A stretch of 64,000 nucleotides of DNA from an uncultured Methanomassiliicoccales archaeon (lineage in GTDB: Archaea > Thermoplasmatota > Thermoplasmata > Methanomassiliicoccales > UBA472): positions 1,952,001 through 2,016,000 of the forward strand of contig OY968769.1 of assembly GCA_963695345.1 (NCBI GenBank). Direction: 5' to 3'. This document shows positions 32,197-42,888 of the stretch, piece after piece (position 1 is the stretch's first letter; each line of letters starts with the position of its first letter). The notes below the pieces were generated by a model, which was not told the DNA's origin, ran no database searches, and saw only the letters and a program-made list of their open reading frames with translations. Made by a program: the position numbers and the translations under genes.

Positions 32197-32947
32197 CTGA
32201 CCGGCACCCCCCGCTTGCGCAGGTACGACTTGACCTGGCCGACGGTGAGCTCGTTGTAATGGAATATCGAGGCCGCCAATGCCGCCTCCGCCTTGGTCTT
32301 GGTCAAGCACTTCGTAGATGTGTTCCACGTTTCCGCAGCCGCCCGAGGCGATGACCGGGATGTTCACGTTCCGGGCCACCGCGTCCGTCAGCTCCAGGTC
32401 GTATCCGTCCTTGGTGCCGTCCGCGTCCATGCTGGTGAGGAGTATCTCCCCCGCCCCCAGCTTCTGCGCCCGCACCGCCCATTCGACGGCGTCCATTCCG
32501 ACGTCCTTCCGACCCCCGTGGGTGTAGACGTTCCAGGAACTGCCCTGTCCTCTTGGCGTCGATGGCCACGACCACGCACTGTGAACCGAAATCCTCGGCG
32601 CACTGGGTGATGATCTCCGGGTTCTGCACGGCGATGGTGTTGATCGATACCTTGTCCGCCCCGGCGTTAAGGGCAGACCGCATGTCCTCCCGGCTGCGGA
32701 CGCCGCCACCCACCGTGAGCGGCACGAAAAGCTGGTTGGCCGTCCTTTCCACGACATCCAGCAGGGTCCTTCGACCTTCGTGCGAGGCGGAGATGTCCAG
32801 GAACACTATCTCGTCCGCTCCCTGCCCCTCATAGCTGGAGGCCATGTCCGGCGGCGAGCCGACACCCTGCAGGTTGAGGAACTTGATGCCCTTGACGACG
32901 TTCCCGTCCTTCACGTCCAGGCAGGGGATTATGCGCTTGGTTAGCAG
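32193..32947 (-). CDS. hisF: Imidazole glycerol phosphate synthase cyclase subunit, frameshifted
   Basis: [54 protein letters not shown]. Confidence 0.95.
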
Positions 32948-32948
32948 C

Positions 32949-33499
32949 TCAACCCCTCCGAACCTTGGGCTTTTCCTTGGTGGACAGGACCGTCCCCCTC
33001 TTCGTCGTCGCCCGCCTCAGGGCGGTTCCCAGCGCCTTGAACGTCGCTTCGACCATGTGGTGATCGTCGAATCCCCTCTTGACTATGACGTGCAACGTGA
33101 TCCCGGACGACATCGCGAACGATCGCAGGAAGTGGTGGTATAGCACGTCCGGGCAGTCTATCTCGGCGTAGGGCCGGTCGACGATGTCCAGGTCGACCTC
33201 CACCAGCGCGTCGTCCATCGGGACCACGGCGGACGCGATCCTTTCCACCGGGGCATCCCCCAGGGCTTCCCGCAACGCCTGCCCGAGCACTATCGCCACA
33301 TCCTCCACCAGGTGGTGGTCGTTGTCCCCGTTGGCGGCGACCTCGATATCGAAAGATGAGTATCTGGCGAAGGTCTCGAGCATATGCCTCAGGAACTGTT
33401 CGTCGCAACGGACCGAGGCTTTTCCGGTCCCGTCGATGTTGAGCGCTATGGATATATCGGTCTCCTTCGTCTGCCTCTCAGCTTCGCCGACCTGGTCAC
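32949..33499 (-). CDS. hisB: Imidazoleglycerol-phosphate dehydratase
   Basis: [32 protein letters not shown]. Confidence 0.93.
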
Positions 33500-33503
33500 C
33501 AAT

Positions 33504-34208
33504 TCACTTCCTCCATACATCTAAAGGATTCAGTTTTCCGGTATAAAGTGCTAATCCGACCACCGCGGACCTGATGCCGATCCTTTCCAGCTCGGCAAGG
33601 TCTTTCATGCCGGTTATGCCGCCGGAGGCGATGACCTCGTGCGGGCACCGGGCCACGAACGATTCGACCTCGTTCACGTTGATGCCTTGCACCTTGCCCT
33701 CCACGTCAACATCGGTGTGCAGGACGGCCGCCAAAGGGATATCCTCGATCTGCCGGAACATGTCCTCGTGGGAGATTCCTGCCGATTCCTGCCACCCTTT
33801 GACGGTGATCTTGCCTGCCTTCACGTCCAGCGCCAGGACGATCTTCTTCGGGTTCCTTTCGGCCAGATGGCGGAGCCATTCCGGTTCCCTGATCGCCTTG
33901 GTCCCCACCACGACCTGTTTTGCGCCGGCGTCCAACAGATACTCGGCCAGTTCGATCGATCTGATGCCTCCCCCGACCTCGACCGGCACATTGCATTCGG
34001 TGATTATCCGCCGGATGCTCTGGACGTTGTTGCCCCTGGCGAAGGCTCCGTCCAGGTCGACCACGTGCAGCATCGGGGCACCTTTCGAGACCCAGTCCTG
34101 GGCCACCTCGACGGGGTTCGGGATCAGCACCTGCTCGGTGCCCGGAACGCCTCCCACCAGCTGGACCACGTTGTGGTCCAGGATGTCGACCGCTGGCATG
34201 ACCATCAT
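33504..34208 (-). CDS. hisA: ProFAR isomerase
   Basis: MPAVDI...VVQL.GG, LHVVDLDGA, EVGGGIRS, TDVDVEG, ASGG. Confidence 0.92.
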   Translation of the reverse strand: MMVMPAVDILDHNVVQLVGGVPGTEQVLIPNPVEVAQDWVSKGAPMLHVVDLDGAFARGNNVQSIRRIITECNVPVEVGGGIRSIELAEYLLDAGAKQVVVGTKAIREPEWLRHLAERNPKKIVLALDVKAGKITVKGWQESAGISHEDMFRQIEDIPLAAVLHTDVDVEGKVQGINVNEVESFVARCPHEVIASGGITGMKDLAELERIGIRSAVVGLALYTGKLNPLDVWRK

Positions 34209-34802
34209 TTGCAGCTCCTCCGCGAACCTGACGAAGTTGCGCAGGAAGGTCAGCCCGTTCGAGGAGCTCTTCTCCGGGTGGAACTGTACGCCGTAGGTGT
34301 TCTCCTTCCGGAACACCGTGGGGATCCTCCCGTAGTAGTCCGTGGTGCCGACGACGACGTCCTCCAGGGCGTTGCCGAAGAACGAATGCGCGAAGTAGAA
34401 GTATGGCGACGTGATCGATTCGAACAGCCGGTCCTGGCATTCTACCGAGTTCCATCCCATGTGGGGCACCCGGTCCGCCTTCAGACGGACGACCCGTCCG
34501 TTGAGGAAGCCCAGTCCGGGACCTTCCCCCTCCTCGCTGCTCTCGAAGAGTATCTGGGAACCGATGCAGATGCCGAGGCACGGTTTTCCATCCTTCAGTT
34601 CCTTCAGGATCTCTGCCCGGTACGGTTGCAGCCTCTCCATGGTCTTGGTGAACGCGCCAACTCCCGGCAGGACGATGCATTCCGCGTCCAGGAGGGCGGA
34701 CATGTCCTTCTCCACATGCACCTCGGCGCCGCAGTTCTCCAACGCCTTATGGATGCTGTGCAGGTTGCCCACGCCGTAGTCGGCGATGCAGAACCTTACC
34801 AT
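34205..34802 (-). CDS. hisH: Imidazole glycerol phosphate synthase glutaminase subunit (read in frame with hisA in this sequence)
   Basis: DYGVGNL, PGVGAF, GICIG, PHMGWN, YFAHS, QFHPEKS. Confidence 0.93.
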
Positions 34803-35850
34803 TCGCTCACGACCTCCCTCAATTTGGCCAGGAGCTCATCGTTCATCTCCCTGGTGCCGATGGTGGTCCGGACACAGTTCTCCAGCCTGCGGTGCTTTCC
34901 GAAGTCCCGGATGAGGACGTCCTTCTGGGCCAGGCGGGCATACCAGCTGGGCCGAGTCCTTGGGTGAGCGGAACAGGATGAAGTTCGCCTCTGATGGGAA
35001 CACGTGGAACCCGAGCGCGCGACAGACCATCGGCCAGGTGTCTGCGTTCCCGGTTCACCGTGTCGACGCTCTGGTGGACGTAGCTCTGGTCCTTGAGCGC
35101 GGCAATGGCCACATGCTCGGACACCCGGTTCAGCGAATAGGGGATCTTGACGGTCTGCATCACGTTGGCCATGGTCCAGGTTGGATGCCATGTACCCTAT
35201 GCGCATGCCGGCCAGACCGTACGCCTTGCTGAAGGTGCGGGTAACGATCAGGTTCTCGTATTTGTCCACGAGCGGCATGAACGATTCGCCGGCGAACTCC
35301 CCGTAGGCCTCATCCACGACGACCGGCCGGTCGCAGCCTTCGACCACCGCCCTGACATCCTCCTGGCGGAACAGGTTCGAGGTCGGGTTGTTGGGGGTGC
35401 AGATGATGACCATCTTGCCCTTTGCCGAATTGATGCCCTCGACATTCAGCTGGAAATCGTCATCGAGGTCGATCTGGGTGACATTTCCCCCGTTGATCTT
35501 GACGAAGAACCCGTGCAATGAATAGGCCGGGTAGGCGGTGATGACCGTCTCCCCCGGCTCCATGAACGTCTTGAACAGAATGTCCAGCATCTCGTCGGAA
35601 CCGTTGCCTACCACGAAGTTGTCCCGCTGCAGGCCATAGAAATCGGCCAGTTCCTCGCGCAGTCCATCGGAATAGGTGGACGGATACTGGTCCAGGTTCA
35701 TATCGGCGCATTCCATGATGGCCCTCTTGGCGGCCGGGTTGCATCCGTGGCGGGTTGGTGCTGGTGTCCATGCGGAGCTTGCCCTCGACCTTGGGATTAT
35801 AGTAGGTGGTCATTCCCCGGGCTGTGCTGCCTGATCCATTCATTATTCAT
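34796..35850 (-). CDS. hisC: Histidinol-phosphate aminotransferase, frameshifted
   Basis: GNGSDE, PNNPT, DEAY.EF, RTFSKAYGLAGMRIGY, PSEANF. Confidence 0.93.
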
Positions 35851-36718
35851 GCCATCGCCTCAGGGTACCATTCTGTCGATGGGCGTGATCAGTATGCCGG
35901 AAGCGCCCAGCCTCTTCAGCCGGATGATGGCGTCATAGACCTGGTCCTTGCTCGATGACCACATGAACGGCTACCACATCTTCCCGGCCGGCGATGTTCA
36001 TGACCGTGGGGCCGGCAATTCCGGGGAAGTATTTCCGCACCTCGTCCAGCGCGACGGTTGGCACGTCGGCCATGAGGTACTTCTTGTTCTCCGCGTCCAT
36101 GACGCTCCTCATCGCTGCGACGAGCTCGTCGATCTCCTCCCGCCTGTGCTTGTATGACTCGATGTTGGCGATGACCACTGCCTGCGAGTTGGTGATGACC
36201 GCGATCTCCTTCAGGTGGTTCTGCCTCAGGGTCGATCCGCTGGAGACCAGGTCGGAAATGACGTCGGCCACCCCCAGGTGCGGGGTTACCTCAGCCGCTC
36301 CCGATATCTTGGTGATCTCGACCTGTTTCCCCAACCGCTCGAAGTACTTCTGGGTCAGGTAGGGGAAGGAGGTGGCCACGACCGTTCCGTCCTTGATGTC
36401 GTCCACGCTGTCGAAACCCGATCCCTCGGGCGCGGCGATGGAAAGCCGGCAGTGCCCGAAGTCCAGCTCATAGACCGTCTTGACATCGACGCCCGACTCC
36501 AATACCAGGTCCTTTCCGGTCACTCCGATGTCCACCGCTCCCTTATGCACAAAACGCACGATGTCCGAGGCCCGCAGGAACATTACAGAAAGGTTCCTTA
36601 CGTTCGTGTAGAGCTTCCTCTCATCCGCCCCATCTATCTCCAGACCTGCATGGTTCAGTATCTGGACGGTCCGCTCGCTCAGCCTTCCCTTGTTGGGTAT
36701 GGCGAACTTAAGTGTCAA
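35847..36718 (-). CDS. hisG: ATP phosphoribosyltransferase, long form, frameshift near the C-terminus
   Basis: AIPNKGRL, R.SDI, G.TGKD, GAAEV.P, DLVSSGSTL..N.L; C-terminal regulatory domain. Confidence 0.95.
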
Positions 36719-36811
36719 GTGCTCACCGTGTCAGTGTGGTCAACGATAATACATTACTTCAACCTTTTGCGCATTGACCAGTAGTTCCGGCGGCAAAGTG
36801 TCCGGGGCTCG

Positions 36812-37231
36812 CTATTGGGTCCGATTCTCTAGAGGGGCACCGCAGGAAATACATCTATGGGTGGTCGGGGCGTTCAGCATCCCGCAATAGTCGCACTTGC
36901 CATGCTCGACCCAATGGTTCCTGAGCCGTTCGATGCGGTTCCTCTCCTTCCTGGTGATTCCCTTGCCGATCATGACAAAGACCACGGCGACCAGGACCAG
37001 AACGAAGCTGACCACCAGGAAACCGGATTCCGCCATCAGGCCAGGGAGCAGGAAGCCGAAAGCGAAAAAGCCCAACATCCCGGCCAGGCCATAGAAGAGC
37101 ATCGCTATGGCCTTGGCGTTCGAGTTCGGGTCGTCATAGATCTGGGGCACACCGGACAGGTCGCTGCCGCAGTTCGGGCAGAGCTTGGTCCCTGGCTTGG
37201 ACTCGGTCTCGCAGGCGGGGCATTTGGTCAT
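36812..37231 (-). CDS. Zinc-ribbon membrane protein
   Basis: CPAC...CPNCG, two transmembrane helices, C-terminal CDYCG...CISCGAP. Confidence 0.75.
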   Translation of the reverse strand: MTKCPACETESKPGTKLCPNCGSDLSGVPQIYDDPNSNAKAIAMLFYGLAGMLGFFAFGFLLPGLMAESGFLVVSFVLVLVAVVFVMIGKGITRKERNRIERLRNHWVEHGKCDYCGMLNAPTTHRCISCGAPLENRTQ

Positions 37232-37359
37232 GAATGGCTGAGAAAACCAGGTCTTTCTTTATGATTCTTTTCAGAAAAAACACGATTTGCGAGATTTAGT
37301 GGACCATGTTTCACTCCCCCTGGAACACCACGATGTTCGGTCTCGGTGGGCTTATGGAT

Positions 37360-38100
37360 TCACGGTGGTCCGTTTGGCAATACTATCCGGGACGCACGTG
37401 TGAACGTGCCCCGGGCCGGGACCATCCTGGGGAGGCATCCCTTCAAGGCGATCTTGTCTCCTACGATCGCCGCGCAACCTATCACATCCTTCAGGTCTGC
37501 GACCTTCTCCACGGCTATCTTCATTTCTTCATCCACGTCCGAGGTGACCAGATTGCCCAACATGCTGGCGCAGGCATCTGCCAGGGTAACGTTGTCCGAG
37601 ATCACCATGGCCGCGTCGGCCACCCCGAAGGAGATCGAAGGGCCGACGGTGGCGGACGAGGTGCATATCCCGATGATGTGGTCGACCGGGTCGAACCGGA
37701 ACGCCAATTCGCTGAACCTCGATCTTCCCGCGTATATGCCGATGTCGACCTCCCGGTCTAGGATCATGGCTATGTCCCCGCCGTTGTCGACCAGGGCATG
37801 GGTCGAACCGGCCGCGACCATCTCCTCCAGCGCGGCCTCCGCCACCGCCCCCGCCACCGCGGCCATGGGGCCGACGTTCGCGGCTCGGGCCGCATCGCAC
37901 ATCCGCCGGATCAGGGGAGGTGCGGTGGTTTCTTCATGGTATGGCTCCAGGGTGCTGCGGAAGAAAGGGTCGTCGGCGATGAACCGTTCCAGTAGGGCGC
38001 GGGACTCGAAGATCGAATGCTTGGCCACCGGGACGAACCGTTCGTCCGCGACGATGGTGACGGCGGTCTCCCGGATCTCGAAGTGCTCCCTCACGATCAT
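37360..38100 (-). CDS. ApbE-like UPF0280 protein (sulfide assimilation, MA1715-like)
   Basis: VGPMAAVAGAVA, VDNGGDI, ICTSSATVGPSISFG.AD...ADA.A...GN. Confidence 0.85.
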   Translation of the reverse strand: MIVREHFEIRETAVTIVADERFVPVAKHSIFESRALLERFIADDPFFRSTLEPYHEETTAPPLIRRMCDAARAANVGPMAAVAGAVAEAALEEMVAAGSTHALVDNGGDIAMILDREVDIGIYAGRSRFSELAFRFDPVDHIIGICTSSATVGPSISFGVADAAMVISDNVTLADACASMLGNLVTSDVDEEMKIAVEKVADLKDVIGCAAIVGDKIALKGCLPRMVPARGTFTRASRIVLPNGPP

Positions 38101-38502
38101 ATCTTGAAGGCTATGGCGCCAGGCGGGCAGGCGTCGATGCAGGTCCCGCACGCGATGCACTTTTCCGGAAGGTAGGAGACCATCTTAGTGGCCGGGTCCA
38201 TGCACATGGCCTCGACCGGGCAGATGCTGATGCACATCCCGCAGTGGGTGCACCGGTCCTCGTCCTTTTTTATGTAGGCCTTCAGTTCACGGACCTCGAC
38301 CCTGCTCTGCTTGAGGTATTCGACCGACCTCTTGATCATGTCAGGCTTGCCCTGCATCTCGATCAGCATCTTTCCGCCTACGTCGTTGACCTCGGCCCTG
38401 AGGATATTGATCTGGAGGTCGTAGTCCTTGACCATGCGATAGGTGATAGGCTCGTTCACCAGGTCCGGGGTGAAACTGAGCTGGAACTTCCTTTTTGGCC
38501 AT
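38097..38502 (-). CDS. NIL-domain 2[4Fe-4S] ferredoxin (MA1822-like), frameshift near the N-terminus
   Basis: EPITY...NILRA (NIL); CTHCGMCISICP and CIACGTCIDACP. Confidence 0.88.
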
Positions 38503-39669
38503 TATACCACGTCCTCCCTGGACATGACCTCGAGGGGTTTCTGGACCCTCTCCTTGGGCAATCGGCGCCACTGGCTGGGTCAGTGTGAACTCTCCCTCCT
38601 CGATCCATTTCTTGAGGCGTCCGGCGACTATCCGCGCCTTGTAGTAGCTGGACAGCGAGGAGGTCTTAACCCGCTTGCCGTGGAGCTCGATGCAGCCGGA
38701 GCGCAGATCGGAGTAGTTGATCTCCTTGATCGGTTTGCGGTTGCGCGACTGGACCGCGTAGTCGAGCAGCGGCGCGAAGATCTGGTCATCCCTGATGGAA
38801 ACACACCTCATCATCTCCTCGTCGAGTATTGGGATGGGAACGCCGATGCCCAGGCCGAGCGAGAGCCCGTACTTCTGGAAGTTCAGGGCGGTGACGAACT
38901 CGGTGGACATGCCCCTCAGGTCTCCCACCAGGGCGAGGGACCTGGCCGCGCCCACCGGGACGCCGTTCTTGGTGGCCGTGGTGGTCTTGTACTGGGTGCC
39001 TTCCCAGGCGACATACCCGACCCCTCCGCCCAGGAATATCCGGGTGCCGATGCCGATGGTCCGCATCTGGGGGTCGTTCAGCAGCGGCGACAGCTGGCCG
39101 GCCGACGAATAGGTCACGTTACCGTAGTGCGGCAGGAGCTTTCCCATGTACGTGTAGAGCGTCTTGTCCGAACTGTTGGTGGCCAGGCCGTAGTTCTGAT
39201 AGGCGTTGCGGGGATTATACAGGTAGGCCTGGTTTATGGTCTTCAGCGAGATGTAGGTGTCGATGTCCTTCCGCGGGTAGCAGTCGGAACAGTACGAGCT
39301 GGCCTTGAGATGTATGGCCTTTCCGGCCACAAGCTCCTCGATGACATGGGCGCCGCCATAGCCCATGTCCTCGTCGTTGCGCAGCTCGGTGGCCCCGATG
39401 TAGGCATCCACCGCGGCCAGGCCGCCGTACGCGGACACGCCGTTCAAGGAGATGTGCTGCATCTTGATCGGCGGTTCCGAATGGCCGAAGTTGAGGAACG
39501 CACCCGAAGAGCACATCGCCCCGAACGTGCCGGTGGTGACCACATCGACCTCCTCGGTGGCCTTCTCGATGCCCTTGCTCTCTATGAGCCCGAGCACCTC
39601 CTCGGCGGTCATCACCACCGCATCCTTAGCCTCGATCTTGCAATTGATCTCCTCGTACGTTCGTTTCAC
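38502..39669 (-). CDS. L-aspartate semialdehyde sulfurtransferase (DUF39, MA1821-like homocysteine biosynthesis enzyme)
   Basis: VDVVTTGTFGAMCSSGA, GLAAVD.YIGAT, YGGAHVIE, NPRNAYQNY, TYMG, SPLLNDP, GIGVPIP. Confidence 0.9.
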
Positions 39670-39678
39670 GGTTTCGCC

Positions 39679-40743
39679 TCACAACAGCTTCTTTGCCTTG
39701 GCCAGTTCCGCGTTTAGCACCGAACCGCCGGCCCCGCCGCGGATGGTGTTGTGTGACAGTACCCACATCTTGGTGTACTTGCCGCTCTGCCTCACCCTTC
39801 CGACGGTCACCGCCATGCCCCTCGCCCTGGCCGGTTCACCGGCGTAGACATCGACGATGGGCTGGGGCCGGTCCTCCTCCTGCCTGACGATGATCGGCTG
39901 CTTGGGCGCCGTGGGCAGCTCCAGTTTCTGCGGGTCCGAACGGTAATCGTTCAGCAGTGTGGTGATCTCCTCGACCGTTGGCGACTTTCCCATGATCATC
40001 GCCGCCGATTCCGTGTGGCCGTCAATGACCGGGACGCGGGCGCACGAGGCCACCATGTCAAAGACGGCATCCTTGATCCCGCCCTTGGGTGAGATCACGC
40101 CGAGCATCTTGAAGATCTCCCCTTCCATCTTCTCTTCCTCGTTCTTGATGTAAGGGACGATGTTCCCCAGGATGTCCAGTGACGGGACTCCGGGATAACC
40201 GGCGCCGCTGACCGCCTGATAGGTGGATACGCAGAGGAAGCGCAGCCCATACTCCTCATGGATCGCCGCCATCGGGATGGCCAATCCAGTGGTGGAGCAG
40301 TTGGCGTTTGTTACGATGTAGCCGCCATTCTTGAAGGATTTCTGCGCTTTGACCAGCTTGAGATGCTCTGGGTTCACTTCCGGGATCAGCAGGGGCACGT
40401 CCGCCCTCATCCGGTGTGAGGCGGCGTTGGAGAAGACCGCGACCGAACCGTCGGCCAGGCTCTGCTCGCAGTCCTTGGCGATATCGGTGGGCAGACCGGA
40501 GAAGGCCACTCGGCACCTGGATGCGATGGTCTTGACATCCAGCTGCTCGATCTTCCTTTCCAGCGTCTCCTCCTTGAACGGATAGTCCTTGATCCGCAGG
40601 ACCTGTTTCAGTTTCTTCCCTTCCGACCGCTCCGAGGCGTACAAACCCTGGATCTCGAAATAAGGATGGTCTTCCAGCAGCTGGATGAACCTCTGACCGA
40701 TGTTGCCCGTCGCTCCCAGCACCGCTACCTGTATCTTGGCCAA
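39679..40743 (-). CDS. asd: Aspartate-semialdehyde dehydrogenase
   Basis: VLGATGNIGQ, PEVN, NANCST, QAVSGAG, RVPVIDGH, HNTIRGGAG. Confidence 0.96.
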   Translation of the reverse strand: MAKIQVAVLGATGNIGQRFIQLLEDHPYFEIQGLYASERSEGKKLKQVLRIKDYPFKEETLERKIEQLDVKTIASRCRVAFSGLPTDIAKDCEQSLADGSVAVFSNAASHRMRADVPLLIPEVNPEHLKLVKAQKSFKNGGYIVTNANCSTTGLAIPMAAIHEEYGLRFLCVSTYQAVSGAGYPGVPSLDILGNIVPYIKNEEEKMEGEIFKMLGVISPKGGIKDAVFDMVASCARVPVIDGHTESAAMIMGKSPTVEEITTLLNDYRSDPQKLELPTAPKQPIIVRQEEDRPQPIVDVYAGEPARARGMAVTVGRVRQSGKYTKMWVLSHNTIRGGAGGSVLNAELAKAKKLL

Positions 40744-40744
40744 T

Positions 40745-41815
40745 TCAATCCTCTCCGAAGTATTCCTTTCCTTCCTGCATAATCTCGACGAACCTCTTGC
40801 TCTCCCTGTCCATGGCCGACGCCTCGATCTCCCCGACCGATTCGAGGAACAGATCCAGGCAGTGCTTGCTATGGGGATTGAGGTGCTGAATGTCATAGTA
40901 GAGGTCCGGGCTCTCGTTGGCCACCCTCTTGGATGTGGTGGCCTGGCTCCGGAAGGTGGTGGACGATATCTGGTCCAGCTTCCCGTAGTCCACTCCCGAC
41001 CTCGCCAAAGTCCGGAAGAAGGCGATGTTCGCCGCATGGGACAATCCCAGCACATAGGATATCAGCTCGTCGTGCTCCTCGACCGGCATGCGGGTCATCC
41101 TGGCGCCGGTCCCTTCGAAGAGCTCTTCCGCCTTCTCCATTGCCTTGTCGGAGCCGCAATCGCATATCACGATGTTCCTGCCGTACACCGAGCCCTCCGG
41201 TCCGAACATCGGGTGGATGGAACCGACATCGAATCCTTCCCCGGTCGCCGCCCTCATGGTCGGTATGATCGAGTCCTTGACCGATGTGATGTCCAGGACG
41301 ATCCCCTTGGGCTTCATCGCCAGGACATCCTCCAGTATCTGTTTGGTCGAGGAGATCGGAACACAGATTATGATCATATCCGCCCCCTTCACTCCATCTC
41401 TCAGACCGATCGTCGAGCGCTCCTTCTTTTCCGGCCTGGTATCGCACACGTTCACCTTGTGCCCCCTGCCAGTGAGGTATCTGACGAACCACTGGCCCAT
41501 CTTCCCGGTCCCGATGACCAGTATGTCGTGGGGCCGGCCCGGGCGGGGCATCCTTCCTTGGGCGTCCACCGATTCGCGGATCAATAGGGTGGCGATCTCC
41601 TTGGCCGCGGCCTCGCTGATGCCGACGCTCTCCGCCCTTTCCAGGTATCTCTCGATGACCTGCTCCTCGACCCTTTCGTTCCTGACCGGAAGACCCTTTC
41701 GGACCTTCTCGCTTCCCATGTAAAGGGCCGCCTTCATCCTCTTCTCTATGAGGTCCAGGATCTGATTGTCCAGTTCTTCGATCTTCCACCTAATGCCGTC
41801 CACGCTGTCAGTCAA
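40745..41815 (-). CDS. tyrA: Chorismate mutase / prephenate dehydrogenase fusion
   Basis: N-terminal IRWKIEELDNQILDLIEKR (CM type II); GTGKMGQW, DITSVK, HPMFGP, EEHD. Confidence 0.9.
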   Translation of the reverse strand: MTDSVDGIRWKIEELDNQILDLIEKRMKAALYMGSEKVRKGLPVRNERVEEQVIERYLERAESVGISEAAAKEIATLLIRESVDAQGRMPRPGRPHDILVIGTGKMGQWFVRYLTGRGHKVNVCDTRPEKKERSTIGLRDGVKGADMIIICVPISSTKQILEDVLAMKPKGIVLDITSVKDSIIPTMRAATGEGFDVGSIHPMFGPEGSVYGRNIVICDCGSDKAMEKAEELFEGTGARMTRMPVEEHDELISYVLGLSHAANIAFFRTLARSGVDYGKLDQISSTTFRSQATTSKRVANESPDLYYDIQHLNPHSKHCLDLFLESVGEIEASAMDRESKRFVEIMQEGKEYFGED

Positions 41816-42888
41816 CGAAACCACCTCTCACGCATAGATCCGCCAATACCAGGGCGGTCACGGCCTCGACCACGATGACCGCTCTGGGCACGATACAGGG
41901 GTCGTGCCTCCCTTCGACCTTGAGGCCTGTCTCTTCCATCGTCGTCCGGTCGACGCTGCGCTGCTCCCTGGCGATGGAAGCGGTAGGCTTGAACGCCACT
42001 CGTAATGTTGATCGGCATGCCGTTCGAGATGCCTCCCAGCACGCCTCCGGAATCGTTCTTCGCGGTGCGCAGGCGTCCGTCGACCACAACGAACGGGTCG
42101 TTGTGTTCGGACCCGCGCATACAGGCCGCCCGGAAGCCGGCCCCGAACTCGATGCCTTTGACCGCCGGGATGGCGAACATCATCTTGGATATCTCTCCCT
42201 CCACCGTGTCGAAGAAAGGCTCGCCCAGTCCGACCGGGACCCCATCGCAGATGCAAGCCGACCACACCGCCGACGCTGTCATGGTCCTCGCACGCCTCCA
42301 GGATCTCGTTCCGCATAGGTCCGGCGATCTCTTCGCTGGCCGCCCGAACATCGTTCCCCTTGGACGCCGGGATATGATCTCTTGAAAGGAATGTTCCTTG
42401 ACGTCGACCACTCTGCCGATGCTCTGGGTATACGCCGCGATCTCGATGCCAAGGTCGGACAGGAGGGCCCGGGCGATGGCGCCGGCGGCCACCAGCGGCG
42501 CCGTCATCCGGCCGGAGAACTGACCGCCCCCGCGGATGTCCACGCAGCTCCCGTACTTCGACACCTGGGTCATGTCCGCATGGCCCGGCCGGGGCACGTC
42601 CTTGAACCGTCTGTACTTGTCGCTGTCCCGGTCCTCATTGCGGATGAAGATGGTGATGGGGGTCCCGGTCGCCCGGCCATCCCTGATGCCGGAGACGATC
42701 TCGACGACGTCCGCCTCCTTTCTCGGCGTACCAATTCCATCCGATGGCCGGCGCAGGTCGACCTCCCTCTGCACCGCCCCGATGTCGACCGCCAGTCCCG
42801 GCGGTATTCCGTCGAGTACGCAACCTATCGCTTCGCCGTGGGACGAGCCGAACAATGTGACCCTGAACGTGTGACCAATGGTGTTCAT
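41808..42888 (-). CDS. aroC: Chorismate synthase, frameshifted
   Basis: GSSHG, RPGHAD, GGGQFSGR, IPAVKGIEFG, GG..GGISNG, FKPT.SI, GRHDPC. Confidence 0.95.
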
